Shown here in pieces: positions 51,253-61,468 of a DNA stretch of 64,000 nt (its first letter is position 1; each line of letters starts with the position of its first letter). This DNA is from Thermoplasmata archaeon (GTDB lineage Archaea; Thermoplasmatota; Thermoplasmata; Methanomassiliicoccales; Methanomethylophilaceae): NCBI GenBank assembly GCA_015063165.1, contig SUSZ01000002.1, positions 36,517 to 100,516 on the forward strand. The letters are read 5' to 3'. The notes under the pieces are model-generated. The model ran no database searches. It saw only the letters and a list, made by a program, of their open reading frames with translations, and was not told where the DNA came from. A program made the translations under genes and the position numbers.

Positions 51253-52542
51253 ATGATAACAGCCATCCGTGATGCATGGATTGTCACGCAGGATGCTCAG
51301 AGAAGGATAATCAAGGGCGATCTCGTCATAGAGGACGAGAAGATTGTCTCCGTCGGGACCAAATACAACGGAACCGCCGACAGGGAGATCGACGCTTCCG
51401 GCGACATCGTCATGCCCGGAATGATCAACACCCACACACATGTGGCGATGTCGGTCATGAAAGGGGTCGTCGACGACCTCTCCTTCCCGGATTTCCTCGA
51501 CAAGGTCTTCAAGATCGATTCCGACAGGACCGACAAGGACCTTACCATCGGGACCAAGCTCGGCTGCATGGAGATGATGCGCGGGGGGACCACAACCTTC
51601 ATGGACCTCTATTACTCCGAGGACGTCATCGCCAAGGCGACCCAGGAAGCTGGAATAAGGGGAGTCCTCTGCTGGTGCGTCCTGGACCAGGACAAGACCA
51701 CCCAGGTAGGGAACCCCTTGCAGAACTGCAAGAACTTCTATTCCAAGTTCAAGGGCGAGAGGAAGATTGTCCCCGGAGTCGGTCTCCAGGGAGTCTACGT
51801 CTGCGACGAGGAGACCTGCGTCGGAGCCAAAGAGTTCTCCGACGAGGTCAAGGCGCCCATGAACTTCCACCTTTCCGAGACCAGAGGAGAGGTCAACGAC
51901 CACAAGAAGAAGACCGGAAAGAGGCCGGGAGAGTGGCTCGCCGACCTTGGTGTATTCGGACCCAGGGGAGTCGCCGCCCATTCCGCATGGCTCACCATGA
52001 GAGAGGTGAAGGCCATGGGAGACGCAGGCATGTCCATCTCCTCCTGTCCTGTCTCCAACATGAAGCTCGCCACCGGAGGCGTAGCCCCTGTCCCCGAGTT
52101 CATCAGGAACGGGGTGAACGTCTCCATCGGAACCGACGGTAACACCACCAACAACTCGCTCGACATGTTCGCAGAGATGAAGGCCCTCGGCCTCCTCCAG
52201 AAGGCCAGCAGATGGGACCCTACCGTCGCCACCGCCCAGGAGCTCCTGGACTTCGCAACCATAAACGGCGCCAAGGCCGTCGGCATGGAGAAGTGCATAG
52301 GCTCCCTCGAGCCCGGGAAGTACGCCGACGTCGTCATCCTTGACGGAAAGGCGCCCAACCTCAGGCCCCTCCTCGCCGACAATATCGTCGCCAACATCGT
52401 CTACTCAGGCAACAGCCTCAACGTGAAGACGGTGTTCTGCCAGGGAGACCTCGTCGTCGACGACCGCAGGATAACCACCATCGACGCCGAAGCGGTGCTT
52501 GCAGAGTCCGAGGACGCCTGGAAATCGCTCTGTCTAAGGTGA
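51253..52542 (+). CDS. amidohydrolase of the MTA/SAH (5'-deoxyadenosine) deaminase family
   Basis: 429 aa. PGMINTHTHVAMS (HxH), FHLSET, AHSAWL, GTDG motifs. MtaD/DadD-like. Confidence 0.8.
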   Translation: MITAIRDAWIVTQDAQRRIIKGDLVIEDEKIVSVGTKYNGTADREIDASGDIVMPGMINTHTHVAMSVMKGVVDDLSFPDFLDKVFKIDSDRTDKDLTIGTKLGCMEMMRGGTTTFMDLYYSEDVIAKATQEAGIRGVLCWCVLDQDKTTQVGNPLQNCKNFYSKFKGERKIVPGVGLQGVYVCDEETCVGAKEFSDEVKAPMNFHLSETRGEVNDHKKKTGKRPGEWLADLGVFGPRGVAAHSAWLTMREVKAMGDAGMSISSCPVSNMKLATGGVAPVPEFIRNGVNVSIGTDGNTTNNSLDMFAEMKALGLLQKASRWDPTVATAQELLDFATINGAKAVGMEKCIGSLEPGKYADVVILDGKAPNLRPLLADNIVANIVYSGNSLNVKTVFCQGDLVVDDRRITTIDAEAVLAESEDAWKSLCLR

Positions 52543-52547
52543 CATGA

Positions 52548-53492
52548 TTGGAAGTCAAGCACTGCAAGCCTAATCACAAGGCCTTGGAGAACCAGGGCAA
52601 GATGGCTGTGGACATGCATTTCCACACCAACTGCTCCGATTCCTTCACTGACGTGGACAAGCTGATGAAGCTGGCCCAGGCCCGCCGCACTGGCGTGGCC
52701 ATCACGGACCACAACCTCATCAAGTCCCTGCAGAAGATCCAAGGGAAGGAGTACACCGTCCCGGTGATCCCAGGGATGGAGGTCAGCACATCGGACGGAC
52801 CTCACATCCTCGTCTACTTCTACGATTTCAAGGACCTGGAGAGCTTCTGGACCAGGAACATCCGTCCCCAGCTCAACTACTGTCCCTGGCTTGCGCTGAA
52901 GCACTGCACCACGGAGAACCTTCTGGACCTCCTGGAGAAGGAGAACTGCGTTGTATCGGGCGCCCACCCCATGGGATATCTGATGTCCAACAAGGGCGTC
53001 GAGGTATGCATCAACAAGAAGTATCTCGAGCCCGAGATGGCCACTCGTCTGGATGCATACGAGGTCATCTGCAGCGGAATGACCCGCAGATCCAACCAGT
53101 ACGCTTACGAGGCGGCGATGAAGTACGGGATAGGCTTCACCGGCGGAACGGACGGTCATCTGATGACCGAGGTCGGCAACGTCGTGACGATCTCCAGCGC
53201 CAAGGACATCGACGGGTTCCTCGACTCCATCAAGGAGCACAAGGTCGACATATGCGGCTTGGAGAAGAGCGTCCCGAGGAAGGTCCAGATGGGCTCCGCC
53301 TCTATGGTCAGGTTCATCCAGCATGCACCTTCGGCCACAGCCGTGCAGACGATCCAGACCGCGAAGTCTTTCCGGAGAGCCTTCCGCAGACGATCTCACA
53401 TCTGTCCGGAGAAGAACCACGATATCTTCGTGGCGAACTTCTGGAATATCCCCAGAGACGCGTACTTCTCATGGGAGTACTCGGTGCAATAG
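52548..53492 (+). CDS. PHP-domain metal-dependent phosphoesterase
   Basis: VDMHFHTNCSD...AITDHN...EV...GAHP...GGTDGH pattern. The TTG start is uncertain (alternative ATG at 52602). The C-terminal tail overlaps the convergent cls gene by 97 nt and ends at a TAG. Confidence 0.7.
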   Translation: MEVKHCKPNHKALENQGKMAVDMHFHTNCSDSFTDVDKLMKLAQARRTGVAITDHNLIKSLQKIQGKEYTVPVIPGMEVSTSDGPHILVYFYDFKDLESFWTRNIRPQLNYCPWLALKHCTTENLLDLLEKENCVVSGAHPMGYLMSNKGVEVCINKKYLEPEMATRLDAYEVICSGMTRRSNQYAYEAAMKYGIGFTGGTDGHLMTEVGNVVTISSAKDIDGFLDSIKEHKVDICGLEKSVPRKVQMGSASMVRFIQHAPSATAVQTIQTAKSFRRAFRRRSHICPEKNHDIFVANFWNIPRDAYFSWEYSVQ

Positions 53493-54811
53493 CCGAGGTC
53501 TTCCATGAACGCGTCCTCCATCTGCTTCCCGATCCTATCGGAGTAGATGACCGCATTCGTCTCGAAGTTCAGGCGCATGCTGCGGTCGTCGAAGTTTGCC
53601 GATCCCACTGAGCACAGGGATCCGTCCACGACCACGGTCTTGGAATGGACGAACCCTCTGTTGTACTCGAACACCCTCACACCGCTCTTCATCACGTCGT
53701 CGGCGAATTTCCTGTTGGCCCAATAGACGAAAGGATGGTCGGGCTTGTCAGGTATGATGACTCTGACGTCTACTCCGCGCATGGCGGCTGCCCTCAGAGC
53801 GGACGAATACGTCTCGTTCGGGGCGAAGTAAGGCGTGTGGATGTAGAGGGTCTTGTCGGCTTTCTCGATCATCATGAGGTACTGGAACCCGATCTCGCTG
53901 TTCTCGTGCATGTCGGGCCCTCCGCTGGCGATCTGCATGGCGACATCGCCCTTGGGCTCGCTCCTGCACTCGTACTTCTCTGTGAACAGGTCCTCCTTGA
54001 AAGCGTATTTCCAGTCCACGTTGAACCTGTAGATCACGCCGCTGACTGCCGGTCCTTCGATCCTGACCGCGGAGTCCCTCCAATAGCCGAGCTTACCCTT
54101 TCCGAGGTACTCGTCTCCGATGTTGAACCCGCCCACGTAAGCCACTTTCCCGTCCATGACGGCTATCTTGCGGTGGTTCCTGTTGTTCTTCTTGGGGCTG
54201 AACAGGCAGGTCGCCAGGGAATGGAACAGGGTGACCTTGGCTCCGGAGTTCTTGAGCTTGTTGAAAACCAGTCTTCCGGTCTTTATGCCGAGCGCATCTA
54301 CCATGAGCCTGACCTCCACGCCCTCTCTCGCCTTCTTCTCGAGGAGCTCCAGTATCTCGTCTCCGAGGGTGTCGCTGCGGATGATGTAGTATTCCACGTG
54401 GATGTATTCCTTGGCGGCTTCTATGTCCCTCTTCAGGTCTTCGAATTTGGCGTTCCCCTCGGTGTACAGCTTGACCTCGTTGCCGTACGTGAGCACGGAA
54501 CCCATGCTCTCCAATGCTTTCGCGACATCTTCATCATCAATAGGCAGCGGGTCTCCCGACATGGCCTTCTGCTTCTGGTGGTAGAGCTTCTCATCCTTGT
54601 CCCTGAGCCTGAAAGCGTGCTTGGAATAGAACGACTGCCCCAGGATAAGGTAGCAGATGAATCCCACCAGGGGGGTGATCAGGAGGATCAGGGCCCAGAA
54701 GAGGGTCTTCCTCGGATCCTGCCATTCCAGAATGACTATGAGAGCCACCAGCATGGCGTCGATGGCATAGATCGTCCAGTTGAGGTCTTCGATAAAGACG
54801 TCTATCAGCAT
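53396..54811 (-). CDS. cls: cardiolipin synthase (phospholipase D superfamily)
   Basis: Start MLIDVFIEDLNW at 54809-54811. Two TM helices and two HKD motifs (HRKIAVMDGKVAYVGGFNIGD; HSKTVVVDGSLCSVGSANFDD). The 1082-aa track ORF is a spurious upstream extension. Confidence 0.9.
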   Translation of the reverse strand: MLIDVFIEDLNWTIYAIDAMLVALIVILEWQDPRKTLFWALILLITPLVGFICYLILGQSFYSKHAFRLRDKDEKLYHQKQKAMSGDPLPIDDEDVAKALESMGSVLTYGNEVKLYTEGNAKFEDLKRDIEAAKEYIHVEYYIIRSDTLGDEILELLEKKAREGVEVRLMVDALGIKTGRLVFNKLKNSGAKVTLFHSLATCLFSPKKNNRNHRKIAVMDGKVAYVGGFNIGDEYLGKGKLGYWRDSAVRIEGPAVSGVIYRFNVDWKYAFKEDLFTEKYECRSEPKGDVAMQIASGGPDMHENSEIGFQYLMMIEKADKTLYIHTPYFAPNETYSSALRAAAMRGVDVRVIIPDKPDHPFVYWANRKFADDVMKSGVRVFEYNRGFVHSKTVVVDGSLCSVGSANFDDRSMRLNFETNAVIYSDRIGKQMEDAFMEDLGYCTEYSHEKYASLGIFQKFATKISWFFSGQM

Positions 54812-54837
54812 GCCACTTGCAAAAGCGTAGTAATCGG

Positions 54838-56721
54838 TTATACTTTGCGGGATTCCGACGCTTTGACAGCGGCCTCGTCGCCGACGTCCCTGATGGCATC
54901 TTCCTCGTATCCGGGCAGCGCGGTCTTGTCTTCGGGAGACTCCAAGGTCTCCTCTTCCGGCTCCTCCTCCGTCTTGTCGGGGGAGTGGCTCTTCACCATG
55001 TAATAGTACAGTACGATCACTATTACGATTGCCGCAGCGATCACGTAGAGGTGCTCCGCCAGGCCGAGCGGGTTGGGTACTATCGCTATCAGGAGGAGGT
55101 CGATGAAGGTGACCATCAAGAGCGTGGTAATCTCCAGATATCTCCTGTACTTGTTCCCTCTGCGGATGAAGTCCTTCTCGCCTTCCATGGCCACGAGCAT
55201 GCGGGAGTTCTTGACGATGATGTTCTCGATCTCCCTGACGCTCCTGACGAGGTAGCTGGTCGGGAAGAGCAGCACCAGGAAGTTCAGCATGACAAGCCCG
55301 AAGTACCACAGGTGAAGGTCTCCGCCGAACATATCGGCCAGCATGGGTCCGACTATCGGGACTCCCGCGTAGAATATGACCTCTATGAACAGGATGGCCA
55401 GGACGTCTATGTAGGCGTAGGTCATCCCTCTGCGGATGGCTTTCTTGGACTTCTTGGTCGTTGTCATGAACGCCGCGTATATGGCGTCCCTCACCCCGTC
55501 CAACATGTCTATCCAGTTGTGGACGAACTCCGGACATATGCTGGATCCCTTGTCCCAGATCTTGTCCGAGTACCGTGTGAGTATCGGCAGGGATATCATA
55601 GACAGCAGCGCGGCTCCGATGACGGAGGTGTAGAAGTTCTCGTCCACGACCCCGTAGTCGAGAGCCTCCTTCGAGATGATGAACGCGAACTCTCCCATCG
55701 CGGTCAGGCTGACTGCGGATACGAACCCGTAGCGTCCGGACTCTCCTCCGATCCAGTACCCGAGGAACACGGTGGCCGTCTTCAGGACGGCGAACAGGAG
55801 GTAGAATATCAGGATCGTGGGGATGTTTCCCGAGAGGGTGCTCAGGTGCACCTCCATGCCGACCGAGATGAAGAACATGGCCATGAACAGGCTCTTCATG
55901 GGCTCGATGGCCTCGTTGATGTCCTTCGCCTTCCTGCACCCGGACATCAGCATGCCCATCAGGAACGCTCCGATGGCCATGGAAAGACCTGCCTTGCTGG
56001 CGAGCAGCGCCATTCCGAACGCGAGCCCCACGGAGAACACTATCACGATCTCGGGCGAGACGTTGTCGGAGACCCAGTTGATCATCCTGGGTATGATCTT
56101 CAGTCCGATGAACAGGCTGGCGATCATGAACACCGCGATGGAGACTATCAGGACCACCAGGTTGGTGACGTCCATGGTGGATCCCGCCAGAACAGGGGTC
56201 AGCATCGACAGCATGACGACCTGTCCGATGTCCTCCATGATGGTGATCAGCACCAGCATGTCGATCTGTTCCTTGGTGAGCTTGTTCTGGGACTTCAGAA
56301 CGGCCATGACCACGGCCGTGCTCGAACCGGAGATGATGGCGCCGAGCGCGATGGACTGGACAGGGTCGTAGCCCATGAACATCCCGGCCACGATTCCGCC
56401 CACCACCATCAGCGGCAGCTGCACCACCGCGACGGTTATGGCGAAGACACCCTGCTTCTTGATTTTCTTTATATTGACTTCCAGCCCGATGCAGAACATC
56501 AGCAGCACCAGACCGAAGTCGGACAGCATCTCGACGGCGATGGTTCCGGTCTCGCTGATCGTGAGCAGATTGGCGATGACGATACCGGCGACGAGATATC
56601 CGATGAGCGGAGGAAGCTTGAGCTTGTTGAAGACGATGGAACAAACGCCAGCGAGCAACGTGAACAATGCGATACTGGTCAGTAAGAGTGTCTCGTCCAA
56701 GCCCAATCCCTGCACCCGCAT
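54838..56721 (-). CDS. cation:proton antiporter (CPA2/Kef-type) with additional C-terminal membrane region
   Basis: 627 aa. LPPLIGYLVAGIVIANLL... N-terminus, about 13 TM segments. No KTN domain; acidic tail. Confidence 0.85.
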   Translation of the reverse strand: MRVQGLGLDETLLLTSIALFTLLAGVCSIVFNKLKLPPLIGYLVAGIVIANLLTISETGTIAVEMLSDFGLVLLMFCIGLEVNIKKIKKQGVFAITVAVVQLPLMVVGGIVAGMFMGYDPVQSIALGAIISGSSTAVVMAVLKSQNKLTKEQIDMLVLITIMEDIGQVVMLSMLTPVLAGSTMDVTNLVVLIVSIAVFMIASLFIGLKIIPRMINWVSDNVSPEIVIVFSVGLAFGMALLASKAGLSMAIGAFLMGMLMSGCRKAKDINEAIEPMKSLFMAMFFISVGMEVHLSTLSGNIPTILIFYLLFAVLKTATVFLGYWIGGESGRYGFVSAVSLTAMGEFAFIISKEALDYGVVDENFYTSVIGAALLSMISLPILTRYSDKIWDKGSSICPEFVHNWIDMLDGVRDAIYAAFMTTTKKSKKAIRRGMTYAYIDVLAILFIEVIFYAGVPIVGPMLADMFGGDLHLWYFGLVMLNFLVLLFPTSYLVRSVREIENIIVKNSRMLVAMEGEKDFIRRGNKYRRYLEITTLLMVTFIDLLLIAIVPNPLGLAEHLYVIAAAIVIVIVLYYYMVKSHSPDKTEEEPEEETLESPEDKTALPGYEEDAIRDVGDEAAVKASESRKV

Positions 56722-57122
56722 AGTAATTTTACGGTTAAATCTATTGCCTAGACAATGGTGGACGTTTCTGTCACGCCAGCATCCAGAGAAGTCTGGAGAC
56801 GGACATGCGGATTCTCGCCATCTAGCGCCTCCTTTCGAACTCTTGGTACGAGTACGTTTTCGACCTTCCGAGGTCCACCAGGAACCGTTCTGCGAGCTCT
56901 TTCGTCAGCGAGGGAGCCGTCGTCCAGGTTGACGGTTCCCTGGAGCAGCGGACATCTCCAGAACGTCTCTATCATCATGAAGAACGGACGGGCGAGACAG
57001 GTCATGGTACTGTCTCGGAAACAGCCCAGGCTGGGACAGACGATTTAATAACGTGTCGAAGAACTCCCGCGAATGCGGAATCGACTGACAAAAAAGGGTA
57101 AGGGGGAGGTTCCCCTCTATGA

Positions 57123-57671
57123 TCAGAACTTCTTTCCGATGGCTTTCGCCTGGGAGATGATCTCCTCGTTCTTCTCGGCGTATTTCCTGTCGTTTCCGGT
57201 GATCATGGCGATCTTTCCGATAGGCTCGAACTTGAAGAACGAGACCAGATGTCCGCACATCTTGTCCGCGAGCTCGTCTGCTCCTCCGGTACCGGCCGCG
57301 GTGACGACTGCGACCTTCTTTCCGGGCGCGATGCTGTCCTCGGGTGCGACTCCGAAGAATCTGTAGAGCCTGTCTTCGAACAGCCTGTACTGTCCGCAGG
57401 CCTCTCCGAAGTAGACGGGGGAAGAGATGATGACTCCCTCGGAATCCTTCACCGCATCGATCAATGGCGCAAGGTCGTCCTTGGTGACGCACTTTCCGCC
57501 GTTCTTCTTGCAGGCGTCGCAAGCCTGGCAGCCTTTGCGGTTAGCCATGCTGTTGATGTCGAAGTAGACGACTTCCTTTCCGTTCTCCTCAGCGCTTTTG
57601 GCGATGGTCTTGACAACGAACTCCGTGTTGGCGTTCTTCTGGGGGCTGGATGTGATAGCCACTATTGCCAT
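57123..57671 (-). CDS. iron-sulfur flavoprotein (Isf-like, flavodoxin/NADPH-dependent FMN reductase fold)
   Basis: 182 aa. MAIVAITSSPQKNANT..., compact Cys motif CQACDACKKNGGKC (CX2CX2CX6C), SSPVYFG. Confidence 0.8.
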   Translation of the reverse strand: MAIVAITSSPQKNANTEFVVKTIAKSAEENGKEVVYFDINSMANRKGCQACDACKKNGGKCVTKDDLAPLIDAVKDSEGVIISSPVYFGEACGQYRLFEDRLYRFFGVAPEDSIAPGKKVAVVTAAGTGGADELADKMCGHLVSFFKFEPIGKIAMITGNDRKYAEKNEEIISQAKAIGKKF

Positions 57672-57768
57672 GGAGAATTGTAGCGGCTTAGGTTATATTT
57701 TTTATTTGTCAATTCCAGCGTTCATTCGATGAAAAACAATTAAATCGACTCCAGCGATTGCTATTCAG

Positions 57769-58203
57769 ATGCAGGCTTCTACCAGATTCACAGTCGCCGT
57801 CCATATTCTTCTGTGCGTGGATATCTGCGACGGTGAGCACGGGATGACCAGCGACCTTCTGGCCAGAAGCATAGGCACCAACCCCGTTTTCGTCCGCAAT
57901 CTTCTCGGGCACCTCAAGAAGGCCGGCTTGATAGAGACCACCAGGGGATGCAAGAGCGGCATCACGATACCCAAGCCCCTGTCCGAGATAACCTTCTACG
58001 ACATATACAGGGCCGTCGAGTCCCCTGAGGAGGAGAGCGTGTTCCAGTTCCATGACAACCTGAACATGGAATGCCCCATAGCCAAAGGGATTCATTCAGT
58101 CCTTGACGACAGGATAAGGTCGATAGACGAGGCTTTCATGGAGATCCTCCGCGGATACAACATGAAGGACGCCGCTGACGACATGAGGGCCGAGATGCAT
58201 TAG
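57769..58203 (+). CDS. Rrf2-family transcriptional regulator
   Basis: 144 aa. RFTVAVHILLCV...TSDLLARSIGTNPVFVRNLLGHLKKAGLIETTRG is typical Rrf2 wHTH. Divergent from the Isf gene. Confidence 0.85.
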   Translation: MQASTRFTVAVHILLCVDICDGEHGMTSDLLARSIGTNPVFVRNLLGHLKKAGLIETTRGCKSGITIPKPLSEITFYDIYRAVESPEEESVFQFHDNLNMECPIAKGIHSVLDDRIRSIDEAFMEILRGYNMKDAADDMRAEMH

Positions 58204-58388
58204 GATGCATGACTCCCGAAGCCTTTGCGATTAGACATTTTCAAAAACACCATTTGTGAATCATCAAAATGCAACGAATATGAAGCAGGGCCAGCATGTT
58301 CGACTTCTGCTCGAATTCAGATATGTGCAGATATTCGAGATTATCACTATAGTCTTCCGAAACTGCTGGTTCCCGTTGACAGTTCGGA

Positions 58389-59036
58389 TCATTCTATGAT
58401 CGTAGCGGTGAACGTCTTTCCGAGGATGCCATATCCGACTTTCATTTGCAATGTGCAGTTCTTCCTGACCACGAACTGTTTTTCGGAAGACAAGGCATCG
58501 ATGAATACGAAAACCACGGTATGGGCGCCTTTGGATAGCATTACATACGAAGTGTCTTTTAGAAGGTATCTTTCGCCGTCGATAAGAATGGGACAGGGGT
58601 ACTCTGACATCCAGGATGTTATCAGGCCTGAATACTTGAGCTCCACACGACATTTCTCAGACAGATTCTTCTTGATCTCTTCTTTCAGTTTCGGATCGTC
58701 CGTGTTCTTGAAGGCGTTCTTGAGCCCGACTACACGGTCCTCGTAATCATCGGTGCACATAGCCTTTATGAACCAGGCTCTGGCGAGCGTGCGGTCCAGC
58801 TCCACGGCATCCGACGCATATCCGTACGCCTTCTCCTTGAACCCTTCCGAGTAGTAGTCCTCGGCATTCTGGAGCAGGTTCCTGGCCTGGCGCGTGTAGT
58901 CCATCTCCACCTTGTACGTGAGCGCTTCCTGCAGCATTATCTTGGTTCCGCAGTACTGGCAGAATCCGAAATCGTGCGAATCCTCGAACTGCAGGTCCCC
59001 TCCGCAGTTGGGACATTTCAAAGCCACAAGCGCCAT
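58389..59036 (-). CDS. zinc-ribbon protein, function unknown
   Basis: 215 aa. N-terminal CPNCGG...CQYCG zinc ribbon, a helical middle and a beta-rich C-terminus. Lies in a visibly AT-richer patch. Confidence 0.55.
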   Translation of the reverse strand: MALVALKCPNCGGDLQFEDSHDFGFCQYCGTKIMLQEALTYKVEMDYTRQARNLLQNAEDYYSEGFKEKAYGYASDAVELDRTLARAWFIKAMCTDDYEDRVVGLKNAFKNTDDPKLKEEIKKNLSEKCRVELKYSGLITSWMSEYPCPILIDGERYLLKDTSYVMLSKGAHTVVFVFIDALSSEKQFVVRKNCTLQMKVGYGILGKTFTATIIE

Positions 59037-59360
59037 GATGTGGAATATACTCCAAGTTATTTGGTTGCTTGTCCGGTCTATTTGTTATTTTTCGAATCGG
59101 ACGATGTTGTTATCGATTTTTTCGGATAATGTGTAAGACATTAGTATATCTAATGAGGATTTTTTCATCCTGGGTTTCTTTGAGCATTACAGTTGTCGAG
59201 GATCCGCATATGACGAAAATGCAATCGAGATCCTTCGATTCCCTATCCGAGGATTTCTGGATCACCGATGATATTTCTCTGCATACGGACTTGCTTAGGC
59301 ATAGCAGCATTCTGTTGTTCGTCAAGATTTAGAATACTTCAGAATGGCATTCATCTTTGT

Positions 59361-60593
59361 TCAAATCGCCGTGAATGGCAGAGCGTATACCATGTCATTA
59401 ATCGGATAGGCCTTTTCAGCTAGGCAAAGGATGCATCTGCCCACGATAGGATATTGCGAGGGGATTCCCTTCTGTATCGTCTTGATGTCGTCCCATTCGA
59501 ATTCTGACCCGGATTTGCATTCGATAAGCGAGATTTTTCCGTTCCTGACGATGACTACGTCCACCTCGTTCTTGTTGCCTTCTCTATAATAGTAGCAAGG
59601 GGAAGCCATCTTGTTGTTCCGATACGTCTTTAGTATCTCGTTCACCATGAATGTCTCTGTCATCGGGCCCTTCAGATATCCCGCCATGAGGCTGTCGGCA
59701 TCGAGCACGCGGGCCAGATGACATGCCAATCCTGTATCCCAGAAGTAGAGCTTCGGCCTCTTAACTATACGTTTGGAAGTTGATCTGTCGTTATAAGGCT
59801 GTAGAAGATGAATGATGTCCCCGGTCATCAGAACCGATATCCAGGATTTCACGGTCTTTCCGTCTATTCCTACATCTGAAGCGATTCTTTCGTAGTTCAG
59901 CTCTTGCCCTGTCAGAGAAGCTACCAGCTGCATGAACGCGTGGAATTTCTCTTTGTTCACGACATTGATGATCTCAGAGACGTCGCGATCGATGTATGTA
60001 TCCACATAGTCGGAATAGAACTCGTCCGTAGTGAGCTCTGGTTTGGTTTCCGGTTCAGGATACATTCCGCGGATTAGACGTTCGTAGAACTCTTTAGGGC
60101 CGAGGGAATACTCAGTGGATCTTCTTATGTTCTCAGGCAAGTCTATGTCAAACGGAGGCTCTTCTCTTCCGACAATCTCGCTCATGCTCAATGGGGACAT
60201 GTTTATGATGGAGATCCTTCCCGCCAGCGAATCGGTTACCCCCTCCATGAGCTTGTATGATTGACTCCCTGTGAGGACGAACATGCCTGTATTTTCTTTC
60301 CCATCTTCCCTCATCCCGTCCACAGCTGTTTCTATGGACTCTAATAGAGCGGGGGCGTACTGGATCTCGTCGATGATGAGCGGAGCCTCATGCAGTCTCA
60401 GGAACATGTCTGGATCGGAGCGTGCCATGGCTCTCTCGCTTTTATAGCGGAGGGATACGTAATTGAATCCTTTTTCATCGCGCAGCTTCAGGCAAAGGGT
60501 GGTCTTCCCTACTTGGCGTGCACCGGTGATGAGCGTAACCGGGCGCAGGGATACGCTGTGGATTATCTGACGATATACGCTCCTCTCGATCAT
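59361..60593 (-). CDS. COG1373-type AAA ATPase with DUF4143-like C-terminal domain (paralog 3)
   Basis: 410 aa. Walker A GARQVGKTT, Walker B IIDEIQ. C-terminal EVDVVIVRNGKISLIECKSG. Confidence 0.85.
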   Translation of the reverse strand: MIERSVYRQIIHSVSLRPVTLITGARQVGKTTLCLKLRDEKGFNYVSLRYKSERAMARSDPDMFLRLHEAPLIIDEIQYAPALLESIETAVDGMREDGKENTGMFVLTGSQSYKLMEGVTDSLAGRISIINMSPLSMSEIVGREEPPFDIDLPENIRRSTEYSLGPKEFYERLIRGMYPEPETKPELTTDEFYSDYVDTYIDRDVSEIINVVNKEKFHAFMQLVASLTGQELNYERIASDVGIDGKTVKSWISVLMTGDIIHLLQPYNDRSTSKRIVKRPKLYFWDTGLACHLARVLDADSLMAGYLKGPMTETFMVNEILKTYRNNKMASPCYYYREGNKNEVDVVIVRNGKISLIECKSGSEFEWDDIKTIQKGIPSQYPIVGRCILCLAEKAYPINDMVYALPFTAI

Positions 60594-60622
60594 ACTGATG
60601 TATTGCGATTGCTATTATTTGA

Positions 60623-60647
60623 AAATTCGGAGTCTGATTCCGAATTT
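60623..60647. promoter_or_regulatory. 9-bp-arm inverted repeat 30 nt upstream of ATPase paralog 3
   Basis: AAATTCGGA (60623-60631), a 7-nt loop, then TCCGAATTT (60639-60647). Arms are perfectly complementary. Confidence 0.6.
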
Positions 60648-60931
60648 GCATAAATTCAGGGCAGACTCCATCATGTCTGTGGGATGGAGTAATCATTTCC
60701 GATCGTTGAGAGCTTCGAGGAATGGCTGTAATCCGCAAGCGACCTGAGGCCGATGCAGCAAGATGCGGTCGGCTGTCAGAAAATATATAGTCAGAAGACG
60801 AACCGATTCTCATGGAAGATGAAGTCGAAAGCGAGAACGAGCTTTTGGAATACAAGACGGGGTCACCTCCCAGGAGCCGTCGCCTCGAGTACCTGGCGGA
60901 CATCCATCGTTTCGCTTAGGAATGGCGCGCA

Positions 60932-61468
60932 TTGTATATCTGCCATAACGTTCTTGGCACCAGATTCTTCACCAATTCGCACATGAACGAGGATCTGGAA
61001 GCCCTGGGGATCAGTTTGGACTTCTATTTTCCAAACAAAGCACTGGAACAAAAGCTAAAGTTCATCACGGAGATCACTCCTGAAATCATCGAGCTCTACA
61101 AGGGAAGAGAGGGGATCCACACCTTATGCGAAGCTCTTTACATCAAATGGCGGTATTGGAACCATTGGAGTTACGGGGAAAGAGAGGACAAAGACTTCGA
61201 CGAAGAGATTCTGCTTCTGACCTTGCTGTACGATGTTACGAAAGAGGAACGTCCTTTTCGCGAATCCTGTCCTGTTATCACGTCATCAGGGAATAAGATG
61301 GAGCAATCTCTTCAAGAACAACGATTGCCCCGCACAGGCCGGAAATGGACACTATACCGACTAGGACGACCACGTCGTTTTCGTAGGCGAGATCGTGGAC
61401 ACGTATGTGCTGATGTCTGTTCTCTAAGCAACATCCATTTAATCTGCGATACGATGCTGGGAACATGA
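60932..61468 (+). CDS. doubtful hypothetical ORF
   Basis: The N-terminal ~100 codons look protein-like (MNEDLEALGISLDFYFPNKALEQKLKFITEITPEIIELYKG...). The C-terminal part is R-rich. Its stop overlaps the next gene start as ATGA. Confidence 0.25.
   Translation: MYICHNVLGTRFFTNSHMNEDLEALGISLDFYFPNKALEQKLKFITEITPEIIELYKGREGIHTLCEALYIKWRYWNHWSYGEREDKDFDEEILLLTLLYDVTKEERPFRESCPVITSSGNKMEQSLQEQRLPRTGRKWTLYRLGRPRRFRRRDRGHVCADVCSLSNIHLICDTMLGT

Noticed and set aside
54812-56644. N-terminal 610 aa of the 1082-aa ORF 53396-56644
   Set aside because: This part is R/H/G/D-rich nonsense lying out of frame over the well-supported CPA2 antiporter gene. The real cardiolipin synthase starts at MLIDVFIEDLNW (54811), 27 nt after the antiporter stop.
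56748-57005. 85-aa minus-strand ORF between the antiporter and the Isf gene
   Set aside because: The reading frame seems to break: an alternative frame reads ...KELAERFLVDLGRSKTYSYQEFERRR. It may be a decayed gene fragment, but I cannot assign a family or boundaries, so I do not report it as a pseudogene.
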